Origin: Octopus bimaculoides
Lineage: Eukaryota
DNA length: 64,000 bases
Assembly (NCBI RefSeq): GCF_001194135.2
Contig: NC_068985.1
Span: 70,803,601 to 70,867,600 of the forward strand
Direction of reading: 5' to 3'
Shown: piece by piece, positions 51,264 to 63,510 of the stretch
Numbering within the stretch: position 1 is the first letter of the stretch
How the letters are laid out: each line of letters begins with the position of its first letter
Translations under genes and position numbers: made by a program
Notes under the pieces: model-generated
What the model was told of the DNA's origin: nothing
Database searches by the model: none
What the model saw: the letters and a program-made list of their open reading frames with translations, nothing else

Positions 51264-51615
51264 NNNNNNNNNNNNNNNNNNNNNNNNNNNNNNNNNNNNN
51301 NNNNNNNNNNNNNNNNNNNNNNNNNNNNNNNNNNNNNNNNNNNNNNNNNNNNNNNNNNNNNNNNNNNNNNNNNNNNNNNNNNNNNNNNNNNNNNNNNNNN
51401 NNNNNNNNNNNNNNNNNNNNNNNNNNNNNNNNNNNNNNNNNNNNNNNNNNNNNNNNNNNNNNNNNNNNNNNNNNNNNNNNNNNNNNNNNNNNNNNNNNNN
51501 NNNNNNNNNNNNNNNNNNNNNNNNNNNNNNNNNNNNNNNNNNNNNNNNNNNNNNNNNNNNNNNNNNNNNNNNNNNNNNNATACACATATATATATATATA
51601 TATACGTATATATAC

Positions 51616-51646
<31 letters not shown>

Positions 51647-51931
51647 CATAAATATATGCATATATATATACATATATATATGTGTGTGTATGTGTGTGTG
51701 TATGTATGTATGTATGTATGTAGGTATGTATGTATGTATGTATGAGGATATCTTGTTTATAATAATATCAGTGGCTTAAAAAAACCCAACGGCAAAAATT
51801 ATCAATTAATAAGTAAGGGTACTAGCAAGTAGTAGCGGCATGCTAAATATAGCAGTCAAATGGAAATTTGCGGTTTGGTCATTTTGACTTCTATATTTAG
51901 ATGCGGGTACAGCTTGTTAATACCATTAATG

Positions 51932-51968
<37 letters not shown>

Positions 51969-51969
<1 letters not shown>

Positions 51970-52800
51970 TAGCTGACGTACCCATCTTATCCCTTGGTTC
52001 CGTTCTCATAATTGCTTCGCTAATCTAATAACAACAATACAAAGTATGTAACCCTTAAAACGGTTTTCGTGCATTTACAGAGAATACCGAACTGTCTTAC
52101 ATAGGATCTTGTTTTTAGGAATTCCCAATAAGTTATGAATGCCCAAATTATGAAGTCAGTTATGTAATAACATGAAATTAGTTACCCGATAGTAAGAATT
52201 CAAATAAAGTAGCCTCGAAAAGGGCCTTAATGCGTTCCCAGAGTATATAGAACATAGGCAGACATACTAATAAGGTATGTATACTAAAATCGAGAAGCTT
52301 GTTATGTAATATCTGGCTAATCAGATATGATATAATAACAATTCAAAGTAAATAACTCTGAAAAGGACTTTTGTGTGTTCCCAGAGAATATTACCCCCAG
52401 GAGCGCTAGTGTTGGTATATTCGTGAATAAATCACTAACAGAAATAAGCAGATCTATTGTTTAGGAAAATACTATTTACTTGTTTTTAAGGTTGTACTGC
52501 ATAAATTGCGAAAATAACTCTAACGGTTCAAATACCAAGAAATAAGCATACTCAATTTCATTTACACCAAATAACTTAGGAAAATAAATGGGTTATTTCC
52601 CTTGGCTTATGAAATAAAATATATTAGATATAAATATGGATCCCTTCCAGAGGCCCTATTATCTATCTTTTCAACAATCTGAGTATGCTATGAGGTTTCC
52701 AGACATGAGTTCTTCTCACGTGTCAAGTTTCATCAAAATCGATAAAACGATGTAGAAGGAGTTAACTAGCAATTCCCCAAACACAGCCTATATATAAATA
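51969..52800 (-). mobile_element. Putative non-autonomous Helitron (~830 bp), degenerate
   Basis: The plus strand begins (TA)n-A|CTAG (the minus-strand 3' CTAG|T) with an eroded hairpin. The far end carries TGTCAAGTTTCATCAAAATCG...GTAGAAGGAGTT...AAACAC...TATATATA, a motif I associate with non-autonomous Helitron 5' ends. Confidence 0.5.
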
Positions 52801-52840
52801 TATGTGTGTGTGTATATATATATGTGTGTGTGTGTGCGTG

Positions 52841-52872
<32 letters not shown>

Positions 52873-52879
52873 CATATTT

Positions 52880-53105
52880 ATATGTGAGTGTGTCTATGTT
52901 TGTCCTCCCACCATCGCTTGGCAACAGATGTTGGTATGTTTATGCCTCCGTAACCTCGCAGTTCGGCAAGATAGATTGATGGAATAAGAAATAGACTTAT
53001 AAAGAATAAGTTCTGGGGGCGATTTCTTCGACTAAAACCCATTAAGTCGGTGCTCCAGCTTGGCCGCAGTCAAATGGCTAGAACAAGTAAAAGAATAAAA
53101 GAAAA
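52880..53105 (+). mobile_element. SINE family A 3' half
   Basis: GTTTGTCCTCCCACCATCGCTTGGCAAC...GGTGCTCCAGCTTGGCCGCAGTCAAATG..GAACAAGTAAAAGAATAAAAG. Confidence 0.8.
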
Positions 53106-53232
53106 CAACCTGGGCAGGTGCAAATATTGCCCTCTGATTGAGAAATTAGCTTCTCAAGCATACGATTTCATGTTCCGGTTTTGTAAATATGTGTATGTAT
53201 GCGTGCGTGTTTGTTTTTGAGTATGTGTATGT

Positions 53233-53272
<40 letters not shown>

Positions 53273-53959
53273 CTGTGTACTTGTGTATGTTTGAGTGTGC
53301 CAGTGTGTGTGTGTCCGTGTGTGTGTGCGCGTGTATGTGTGAGTGCATGTGTGTGTATGCGCTTTTGTAAGTGCGTATGTGTGTATGCAAGTCCGTCGTT
53401 GGGTTTAACTCTCACCACTTGACATCCGATGTTGGTTTTTATATTCCATGGTACCCTGGCGATTCGTTAATAGAAGGCCAATATGATAACTACTGAAGTA
53501 CTTTTGTCGCGTTTTAACCCGTCATGGCGGTACCCAGCCATGGGCGCAGTCCACTTACTGGAACCAATAAAATAGAGTCCTAACCGGAAAAATACTCCCT
53601 GAAGAACATGAATTCTCTTATGTTTCATATAAATGTAAAGATCACAAACGGGTAAATAATTTCCGACATAGAAAAAAAAATGGATTAATAGTACCAGAAT
53701 ATCCTTACTGATGAATCATACAAACATTAACCATAACAAATGTAGCAGCAGCAGAACGAAGCTTGTTTAAGACAACAATAGATAAAAGACGGCAGAAACG
53801 AGAGTTGCAAGTAAAGAAGCCCATCTTTACCAAAATTGGATTCAATCAAAGTACCGAAGTAGTTGTCTATTTCCATTTCTCTTCTGATTGCTCTAAGGCT
53901 TTTAACAAGAAAACACATGTGAATAGAAGTTACCCATGTAGTGTAAATGGATGGGAATC

Positions 53960-55040
53960 TTGTTATATATGTTACGCAGATTAAATTGGGAAATTGTGAA
54001 TAAAAATCTAATAAAATCCTAGAAAAATTAATTAAGAATACATTAAAGATATGGAAATCTATAAATAACCAGTATTATTATATAAAGAATCAGATAAACC
54101 AAAATTACACAAATCTGGTAATTAAAGAATTTGATAGAATATCACGTACAAAAGAATTATGCTAGTCGTATGGATTAACAAAAGGGAAGATGTATTACAA
54201 AGGTATAAATCACGACATGCCTACACATAAAAACATTAAGAATAAGATAAATCTTTCAGGTATTAGTATCAAATATCATCAGGTAAATATATGTCACCTT
54301 CCAAAAAATGGTTGCTTTAGAATCTATAGAAACCGTGGCCTTGGAAACAAGAAAAGTCGATGCAAACAAGTAAAAAACGAAATCACAACATAAAAACACA
54401 TACGAAACCGACTGAATATAGGACTACGATTAGATACGACACACATATTCCATATTGCAATCTCAATAAATTGCAAAGAAAAGATTATACGTAAATACAC
54501 ACAAAAGAAAGCAATTAGAATTTTTGTCGTAGCTACTTCTATGCCTAGTTCTGACTCTTAAAGAAATTTGCTGGAGAAAACTTGGAATGGTTATAAATGC
54601 TATTTTCGAATTATAAACTATTTCCTGTAGATCGTTGATTTAAAACTATTTACATGGCACAATACCCAGCTGACGAACCTTCTAAAATTGCGCACGAACT
54701 CAGCGAAGATATAGAAATCAGTATAGAACTAGACAAATGTGTCAATGCTAATATATAAGGAGGCAAATGAACTAAAACTAAGAACGTTAAATTGGATCCA
54801 AACACTGAAATCTGAGAATTTGAATAGAGTCACCAATACAAACACTTGGGAAATGAAGGAGAAAATTAGAAATGTTTGCTACAAAAGAAATCAGACTAAT
54901 ATTAAAAACAGAATGCAGTGCTATAAATAAGATAATACACAGAAATACACTAGCCATCCCAATTAGAAACTACAAATTCAGCGTAATAAATTGAAAGTTG
55001 AGTTGATGAGTGTTGACAGGAAAACTAGAAAACTACTAAT
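53960..55040 (+). mobile_element. Decayed R4/Dong-like reverse transcriptase region
   Basis: INYFL*IVDLKLF at ~54613-54651 (cf. INHLLYMDDLKLY), then IELDKC, YKHLG, MKEKIR..CY.R, NTLAIP and .DRKTRKLL. This is the collinear R4 RT order, with many stops. Confidence 0.75.
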
Positions 55041-55155
55041 AGCCTTTCGAGCCACAAACCTGGAAATGAAAGAGAAAGAAGATCACTGCACTGCACAGAC
55101 AGAACTGGCTACATGAAACATATCTAAGAGTGTGTGTCTCATTAGACACAGACAT

Positions 55156-55208
<53 letters not shown>

Positions 55209-55442
55209 NNNNNNNNNNNNNNNNNNNNNNNNNNNNNNNNNNNNNNNNNNNNNNNNNNNNNNNNNNNNNNNNNNNNNNNNNNNNNNNNNNNNNNNNNNNN
55301 NNNNNNNNNNNNNNNNNNNNNNNNNNNNNNNNNNNNNNNNNNNNNNNNNNNNNNNNNNNNNNNNNNNNNNNNNNNNNNNNNNNNNNNNNNNNNNNNNNNN
55401 NNNNNNNNNNNNNNNNNNNNNNNNNNNNNNNNNNNNNNNNNN

Positions 55443-55476
<34 letters not shown>

Positions 55477-55519
55477 GTGCGTGTGTGTGTGCGTGCGTGT
55501 ACATACGAAGGGATGCTGA

Positions 55520-56700
55520 AAAATTACTGGCTTGAAGTGTATTGCGAAAGTCCTGCTTGATAATGGAGAAGTTAAATTTAGAGGACAGGACTGAACCCTA
55601 TCTCCCTAGAACTCCTAGAATCAACGTGAAAGACTCTAAGCCAAACTTCACCATTAATCCATTCGGCAGACAGACATGCCCCTCCAAATCAGACTTAGGC
55701 AGAATTGGTAAGAATATCATTGATAAATATTCACCCAAACTAAGGGATACAATTAAACTGAACTTGTGGAGCTGTTCTTACGAAGTAATATATTGGTTAA
55801 CTGACATTAGAGATAAAAAATATAACAAATTCTTACAATGAAACATTTCAAACTATCATGCTTCTATTAACACCGCTTTTCTCAACAAATCTCTAACATT
55901 TGCATTGAGAAAATCTTATTTATGCAAATAAGAAGTAGACATCGTATTTAAGGGCTAAACAATCTCTTATTTAATTCAAGGGGAAATATTGGGTAAGAAA
56001 AGCCAGTTCTGATCAGTGCAACATTACCATGGGGTCCAGTTATTCCGCACAGGTAACGGACGTAGTAGGTATTTATACACTAACATGTATAAATGATGAA
56101 TTTCTGCTAAAGGTGAGGGGGATTATAAGGGGATGACGCTCTATTTGCAATATATAAATCTATCAATGTTAATTTGGAAAAATATAGGAAAAAGCTATTC
56201 AAATTTTTCAAAGGTCTAAACTTCCTCCATTGAGGAGGAACATAGTAAATAAACATCGTTACCTAGAATTTGAATACGAGTGAATATCAACCATACCACA
56301 AGTCCAATGATAACCTCAAATATATTAGCTTTTCCGCATGTCTTAACTATCTGCGAATGAGGATATCTTTAGAAGAAATGAAAATTATTATGATAATGCT
56401 CTGAAAGAAATAGGATATAAGGATAGGTTAGTATATATCCCAAAGAATGAAATAAAAGAAAATGTGAATATGAACAGGATCCAGAACCTATCAGTTACCG
56501 ATAACATGAATAATGCAGCAACGCTTGGAATCGCTACAGTAAAAATAGTTGCATAATAGATGGGGATACTAATATAGACAATACTAATATAGGCAAACGC
56601 GATAACAAAAGTGCAGTTAATGCCCCTATCATAACTAATAATCTATACAAAACTGACATGCACCAAAAATAAGAGCAAACCCCACTTCATCCCACTAATG
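55520..56700 (+). mobile_element. Decayed Naiad-like Penelope RT core
   Basis: KLNLEDRTE...INVKDSKPNF..NP..RQTCPSKSDLGRIGKNIID...NLW....VIYW...I.DK (cf. LKDHK.NF..P.CRLINP.KSELG); ITMGSSYSAQV.DVVGIY; GL*GDDAL at ~56120-56143 (cf. GLYRDDGL). Confidence 0.8.
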
Positions 56701-56724
56701 GAAAAATATAATAACTGTTTCTTA

Positions 56725-57240
56725 TTTTAGTAGTGGTAGGCAAATCAAGTACATCGACCCTGTACTTGACAGGTACTTAGTTTTATCAGCCCCAAAAGGA
56801 AGAAAGTTGGATGGGTGGCATTTGTACACGCAGCGTAAAGAATCAGAAGAAATGCTAAATATTTTGTCTTATAATCAGCAATTTTAGAGAAGGAAATAAG
56901 CCGACTACATCGGCTCAAGTGCTCGACTGGCTTTTTTTATTTTATCGAGTTAGAAAGGAAGAAAGGTAAAGTCGATCTCAGCATGATTTGAACACAGAAC
57001 ATAATGAGCCGAAAGAAATGTCGCTAATCATATTGTCCGACGTGCTAATGATTCTGCCAATTCTCCGCCATACGCCATCTTCATGAAAGGGATAATTCTT
57101 CATAATTTTAGCCCAATTTTAATGGAAGCTGGAGGACAAGTCGATTACAACGAGTGCAGCACTTGACTTTATTTGACAAACATAGCACAGCATTTGAACT
57201 CAGGGCTTGAACTCAGAATGTAAAACGTCAGAAGCTATGC
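56725..57240 (-). mobile_element. Three degenerate SINE family M copies
   Basis: ATCGAC.C.GTACTTGAC.GGTACTT...GAAAGG.AAAGTCGATCTCAGC..GATTTGAAC.CAGAAC. Confidence 0.7.
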
Positions 57241-57489
57241 CTCTGAGCAGGTCTCTGCGAAAATCATGACAAACTTGCAAAGTACAAAAATGTGGGAAAC
57301 GAGATTAGCAGAATTAGTAAGTGAAAACATAAACATGTTACTATCGATGGTGATCGGAAACAGTATTTTCTGAGACATATTGTTGTTAGCAATGACTCCT
57401 AGTTTTGATCAGTCTTTAATTCCTACACGTATAGAACTAAAAGTACTTTTGTGCATTCTACGTTTATCTCAAGCAGATAGTTTCACTGT

Positions 57490-58120
57490 TCCCCTACCAG
57501 GCTAGACGTTTATGGAAGTTATCCATACTCTCCGGCTTCAACTATCCACTGGAACACACTAACCAGAAAGATTCTCGTCGAAGCCCAGAGTTTCATGAAG
57601 ACCGCCGACACTTTTGTACATGACAAGTCCAAGTCTTTATAGAACGCAAGAGTAAATGTTCGACAGGCCATATTATCCGAGTGGTAGATATTTGCGAGCG
57701 CCTGGAAACATGTCAACCGTTAGATCCCTAGCCTTGGTCATGAGATGGAGGAAGTTTTAAGTGACAAATATATCCGCGTTTAACTCAACGTTCAGCAGTC
57801 ACTGAAGATGGTTCTATCTGAACTTTCAGAAGGTATTGGTAGCAAAGAAGCATGAAGAGTTGCTCCTATCCGGTCTAATGAAAACCAGGGCAAGCCAGGA
57901 TAGTTAGATGCTAATGTATTGATATAAGGGTGGTCAGGTACCCGTTTACTATCCTGGCCCAACATTTCGAGGAAAGTTCCTTCTCAGCCTATTTCTGCGT
58001 GAAAAGGATCACCCTATTCATAACCTTGTCGACTTTGCCGTCCTCTTGGAATACCGTTTTGAAGCAGTTCGCATGCAATTTAACAAAGTCAACTGGCGAC
58101 CAGTGCCAAAGCACTACAAA
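57490..58120 (+). mobile_element. Possible decayed CR1/L2-type LINE endonuclease (APE) region
   Basis: GC-elevated segment; one frame gives PTFRGKFLLSLFL...HNLVDF...FEAVRMQFNKVNW, loosely like PTR..NILDLFL...DHNLV.F...DFEA.R..L..VNW. Weak. Confidence 0.3.
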
Positions 58121-58299
58121 GAGGGATATGTATATAATAATATACGAATGTGTGCGTACGTGTGTATGTCTGTGTGTGCGCGTGTGTATGTTAGCGTTTA
58201 TATGTATGTGTGTGCGTGTGGTAAAACCTTTGATACAATATTAAATATTTGAAAAATGAATATAATAAACATTAGAAAAGAAATTCATTTCCTTTTTTC

Positions 58300-58634
58300 A
58301 TATATATGTGTGTGGTTGTCTGTGTATGTGTGTGTATGTGTACGTGTGTTTGTAAGGGTGGCTGTCTGTGTATGTATGTGTACGTGTGTTTGTCTGTGAG
58401 TGTGTGGTTGTCTGTGTCGGCGTATGTGTGTGCACGTGTATTTGCCTCTCTGTGTGTGTGTGTGTGTGTGTGTGATCGTCTGTGTATGTGTGCGTTTGTG
58501 TACGTGTGTGTGTAAGTGAGTGCGTATGTGTGATTGTATGCATGCATGAATGTATGTATGGAAGTATGTGCAAATGTATACAAGTATTGATGTAATGTAC
58601 ACGAAAAACGGATAAAGATGAAGAGAAAGGGATT

Positions 58635-58697
<63 letters not shown>

Positions 58698-58740
58698 GAA
58701 GGAAGAAAGAAAGGAAGAAAGAAAGAAAGAAAGACAGAGA
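58300..58740. repeat. Cryptic (GT)n block followed by (AAAG)n
   Basis: Direct reading. Confidence 0.9.
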
Positions 58741-59409
58741 ACACCTGCGTATGAATCAGTAATCGTTTTTCATCAGATTTTTCAGTCCAGCAAATGTTAG
58801 TCAGTACGAAGTTCAAGTGAATTTACTGCTACGTCTATTGNNNNNNNNNNNNNNNNNNNNNNNNNNNNNNNNNNNNNNNNNNNNNNNNNNNNNNNNNNNN
58901 NNNNNNNNNNNNNNNNNNNNNNNNNNNNNNNNNNNNNNNNNNNNNNNNNNNNNNNNTGGTGGTGGTGGTGGTGGTGGTGGAGGTGGTGCTGGTGCTGGTG
59001 ATGATGATTTGTATAAAAAAAGCTAATGTTACTCTCGCAGATTAATGTATGTAAATTAATAGCGATTCAACAAATGTATTCTCCTGAGAATCACCTTACA
59101 GACTTAGTAATACGGCCAATCACGTTTGACCTGATAGCAGCACTCATCTTTCAAACATGACCTTAAAAACCTATGTAATATCGCAACTGTATGCCGCGTA
59201 AGATATCTGTAGTGAAAAGTATACAGACGAAATATTTCGTCTAGAAATATACGTTGCTAGAATATTAAGTGTGTTTATGTGTTCAAGGAACTGCAATGTT
59301 TTTCTCTTTCCGTTGTTTTTGTTGGCTCTACATTGTTGGTAGGCCCGATAAAAATAATGACCAAATCTCCCTCAAATCAAGCACAGTACCATCAATATAT
59401 AGATATACT

Positions 59410-59822
59410 AAGGCGGCGAGCTAGCAGAAACGTTAGCAGGTCGGGCGAAATGCTGATCGGCATTTCGTCTGCCGTTACGTTCTGAGTTCAAATTCCGCCG
59501 AGGTCGACTTTGCCTTTCATTCTTTCGGAGGCGATAAATTAAGTACCAGTTAGGCACTGGAGTCGATGTGATCGACTTAATCCCTTTGTCTGTCCTTGTT
59601 TGTCCCCTCTGTGTTTAGCCCTTTGTGGGCAATAAAGAAATAAGAAACGTTAGCACGCTGGGCGAAATGCTCTACGTTCTGAGTTCAAATTCCACAGAGG
59701 TCGACTTTACCTTTCATACTTTCGGGGACGATGAATTAAGTACCAGTTGCGAACTGGGGTCGATCTAATCGACTGGCCGCCTCGCCCGAAATTTCGGGCT
59801 TTGTGCCTAGAGTAAAAAAGAA
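59410..59822 (+). mobile_element. Head-to-tail dimer of SINE family M (59410-59643 near consensus; 59643-59822)
   Basis: GGCGGCGAGCTAGCAGAAACGTTAGC...GAGTTCAAATTCCGCCGAGGTCGACTTTGCCTTTCATTCTTTCGG...GCAATAAAGAAATA, directly followed by AGAAACGTTAGCACG. Confidence 0.9.
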
Positions 59823-61994
59823 TTTATAGATATACAGTAACATGAAAATATATGCATATTGACAAATGCACACGTTTACACAAACAAACACACTGATTTT
59901 TATGAATATATTTTGGAGTATACAAATGTCAACCACTTAGGTAGTGGCTTAAAATACTATAGATAGCAAGAAGAATTCTCTCTTGAATTGCTCGCTCGAC
60001 AGACAGGACATCATCATCGTCAGCAGCAGCAGCAGCATCTATATTGTCATTATCATCACCTAATTCACAACTGGAGCACCTTTAATCATAGGTATGCATC
60101 AGAAACAGAACCTTTTCGCAACAATTAATGGCCCAACGTCACGCACTCAGGAAATCTTATAAAAACACAGATTACTCATGATTGAAACAGCTTCTATCAT
60201 GTTTAATATTGCTATGTAATCTCGAAGTAAATAACAGTAACAACAAGAATACATTGCACATATCATAGGCGAATGCAAGACTGTGTGGTAAGAAGCTTGC
60301 GTCCCAATCATATGGTTCCGGGTTCAGTCCTTAGTGGGGAGAGGGAAGTTGGGGGACCTGGCAGCAAAACGAAAGCGAAAAGAACAATATCATAACCAGC
60401 GTTTACTCCGGTATACAATTGTCTAAAATCTGATGTTAATAGGGTATGTAAAGGATAGAGAAGGAATGTGGAAAAATAGGAAAAAAATGAAATGGGAATA
60501 AAACACAGAGAGGATATACCACGTCCATCGATATTTTCTATCTTTTTTTACATATTTGTCGAAGTCCCTTCGCGGAAGTTAAGACGAAATAACCATCGTG
60601 TTGATGATGCCTACTGAGGTGGAAACATGCTTTCACGACTGTCCTCTTCTCTTCGGACAATAATCCTGTCACTTTCTTTACAGGGGTGTAATTTTGACAT
60701 ATTTTTGCGTTTTGAGATTGTCTCACCTTCTCACATGGACTAATCCCAATCACAATTTGGTAATTATGATGTCGCTCTGGAAGCAGACATAATTCTAATA
60801 AATTACGGATTATGTTGTATGGTATTTGATGTACAAGTATTTGCTAAGTTGTTGAAATTGATGCCACTAGCATTTTCATGACATTTAATACTGACTGGTG
60901 GTGCCCCTGCATGGCCGCAGCCTCAAGGCTGATATATATAAAAAAATAAAGGAATATGTGTGTGTGTGTGCATAAACGCATACAAACATATACATACAGA
61001 CAGACACATTTTTTCACAGAGAGAGAAAGAGAGAGAGACAGAATGAGTGAGAGATGAAGATATTATATTCAAAGCCCAATGCCAGATACGCTATCTTTAA
61101 GATAACGTGTCCGTGCTAATATAGATGGACGTGTGTGTGTTTATTAACACCTATATACACGTATACACATACTGACATATACGTGCATATACACAGTGAA
61201 TGAACAAAAGTGTAAACCTCGTGATGAAGTGAATCATCAACTTTGAACGAATATGTCTATACACCACTATTAAGTGATTACTTTTTCTGCCAAATGTATA
61301 TATTACATATATATAACCACATATGTATAAAATATATGTACATTTTTGTAAATACGTGAGCCTCTGTTTGCATGTTTGTATGTATACACGTATGTATGCA
61401 TGTATGTATTACTATGAGTGTATGGTAGGGATATATATACAAAATAAGAGGCAATGTTATTGCATGTTATTGAAGAAAGGCGGGAAGGAAATATGATGAT
61501 GCATAAATACGTTGTATGAATAACAGATAAATAAATATAGAAAAAGAAATAGAAGTTTGAAGAATATGTTCCTTTGATCGCGTTATCGTGTGTCTCTGTC
61601 ACCTGGCTATCTACATTGATGTGAAAAGAAACATACAGGCAATGGGTAATTAAACTAAGAACATAGCAGCATGGAATACGAAGTCTGAGTTAATTATTCA
61701 CAAGAATTCTTATGAATAGTGATAGGGAATTACATGAATGTGAAACAAAAACAGACGGAAAAAAGAAAATAATAATAATCCAACCTGTTAATGATACTTG
61801 TAGGAAAACAGCTAAAAATATAGAAATATAGAAATGATTAGATGAATAAATGTGGAAATATATAAATAAATAGAAGTAAATATAAATAAAGGGGGAAAAA
61901 CGGAATCTGACTAAGACGTGTGTAGGCTAATGGGGGATGAGAGAAAGATGAGTAGAGACGAAGCGTTCCTTACCATTATAAACGTTCGAAGAAC

Positions 61995-62205
61995 TGGGCT
62001 GATGATGCTGATGATGATGATGAGGATGAGGAGGAGGAGGAGGAGGAGGAGGAGGAAGAGGAAAAGGAGTGGAAGAAAAGGAGGAGGAAGGAGAGGCGAA
62101 GGAGGAAGAGAAGGTGGAGGAGTGAAAGGAGGGGTGAACTTGATGATGAAAATGATGACTATGGTGAGGATGATGTATGTTGTTGTTGTTCTGGTTGTCC
62201 TTGTC

Positions 62206-62237
<32 letters not shown>

Positions 62238-62560
62238 CATCATCATAATCATCATAAATGCGCTAATTGGAATAATGATGATGATTAATGTGGATATGAT
62301 TACGCTGAGGAGGTGGAAGAGGAGAAAGGACTGGAGGAGGAGATGGATGACAGTAAGGACGATGATGATGACAGTAAAGAAGACGATGGGGAGATGGAGT
62401 GGGGGAGAGGAGGGGAAGAGGAGGAGGAGGAGGAGGAGGGGAGGAGTGGGAAGGTGGAATGGAGAAAAGGAGGAGGATAATGCTAAAGGTGATACTAAGG
62501 ATGCTGCTGGTGATGCTAACGATTAGAATTATTATGATGATAGAGGATGATAAAGGAGTT
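61995..62560. repeat. (GAT)/(GAG)/(ATT) low-complexity block
   Basis: Direct reading; source of the 202-aa low-complexity ORF. Confidence 0.9.
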
Positions 62561-62649
62561 CACAATCACAAAACTAATGATGATCAAAAAAATAGTAATA
62601 ATAAATTCTAACTTAGAAACAAAGAAACACATTTGGAAGATTTAATTTA

Positions 62650-63450
62650 AATCAGTCTCGGTATTTGATGGGTTTATTACTTCCTCGGCCTTAGGAAAAT
62701 GAAAGCTGAAGATGACAGCAGTGGATTTTGAACTCAGAATGTAAAAACGCCAGGAAAATATACCATAGCGTATTTTGTTCGACATTTTACAATTCTGTCT
62801 GCCCATTGCAATTCACTAATAATAATAATCTTTTCTAGTAAGGGCACAAGGCCTGAATTTTGAGAGGAGGGGCTAGTTGATCGCAGTGACCCCAGTGCGT
62901 AACTGGTACATATTTTATCGACTTCCGACAGATGAAAGACAAAGTCGAGATCGCTGGAATTTGAACTCACAGCATAAAGACGGACGAAATGCTGATAAGC
63001 ATTTTGTCTGGCGTGCTAACGATTTGGCCAGCCCACCGCTATAATAATAGCAATAATAATGGCTTTTCGGTGGAGGGGGGAAATCGATTACATCGGCGCC
63101 AGTACTTGTCTGGTACTTCTTTAATCCGAAAGGATGAAAGACAAACTCGACCTCAGCGGAATTTGAACGCAGAACGTAAAGATGGACGAAATGCCGCGAA
63201 ATAGTTTCTCCTGCGCGCTGACAAATCTGCTTGCTCACCGCATTAATAATTATGATAATCCTTTCTGTAGTAGTAGGAGGGTATTAGTTAATTACGTCGA
63301 TCCCAGTGATTAACTGTTACTTATTTTATCAAAATCGAAGGATGAAAAGGCTAAGTCAACCTCGGCAGAATTTGAACCCAGATTGTAAAGACAGACGAAA
63401 TGCTGCCAAGCATGCCATCCGGTGTACAGAAGTTTCTACCAACTCACCAC
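62650..63450 (-). mobile_element. Array of four same-orientation SINE family M copies separated by short AAT spacers
   Basis: Copies at ~62650-62815, 62825-63040, 63060-63240 and 63255-63450, followed by (AAT)n at 63453-63508. Confidence 0.85.
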
Positions 63451-63451
63451 C

Positions 63452-63510
<59 letters not shown>

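Noticed and set aside
60538-60753. 71-aa minus ORF with a faint resemblance to a PLE thumb
   Set aside because: The similarity is too weak and there are no supporting neighbouring motifs.
61918-62526. 202-aa M/R/G/I-rich ORF
   Set aside because: Translation of trinucleotide low-complexity DNA, with no domain-like sequence.
62650-63450. CRISPR-like or tRNA-array-like periodicity (also 22.3-23.8 kb)
   Set aside because: The units are ~200-bp diverged SINEs with microsatellite spacers in eukaryotic DNA. There are no short identical repeats with unique spacers, no cas genes and no complete cloverleafs.
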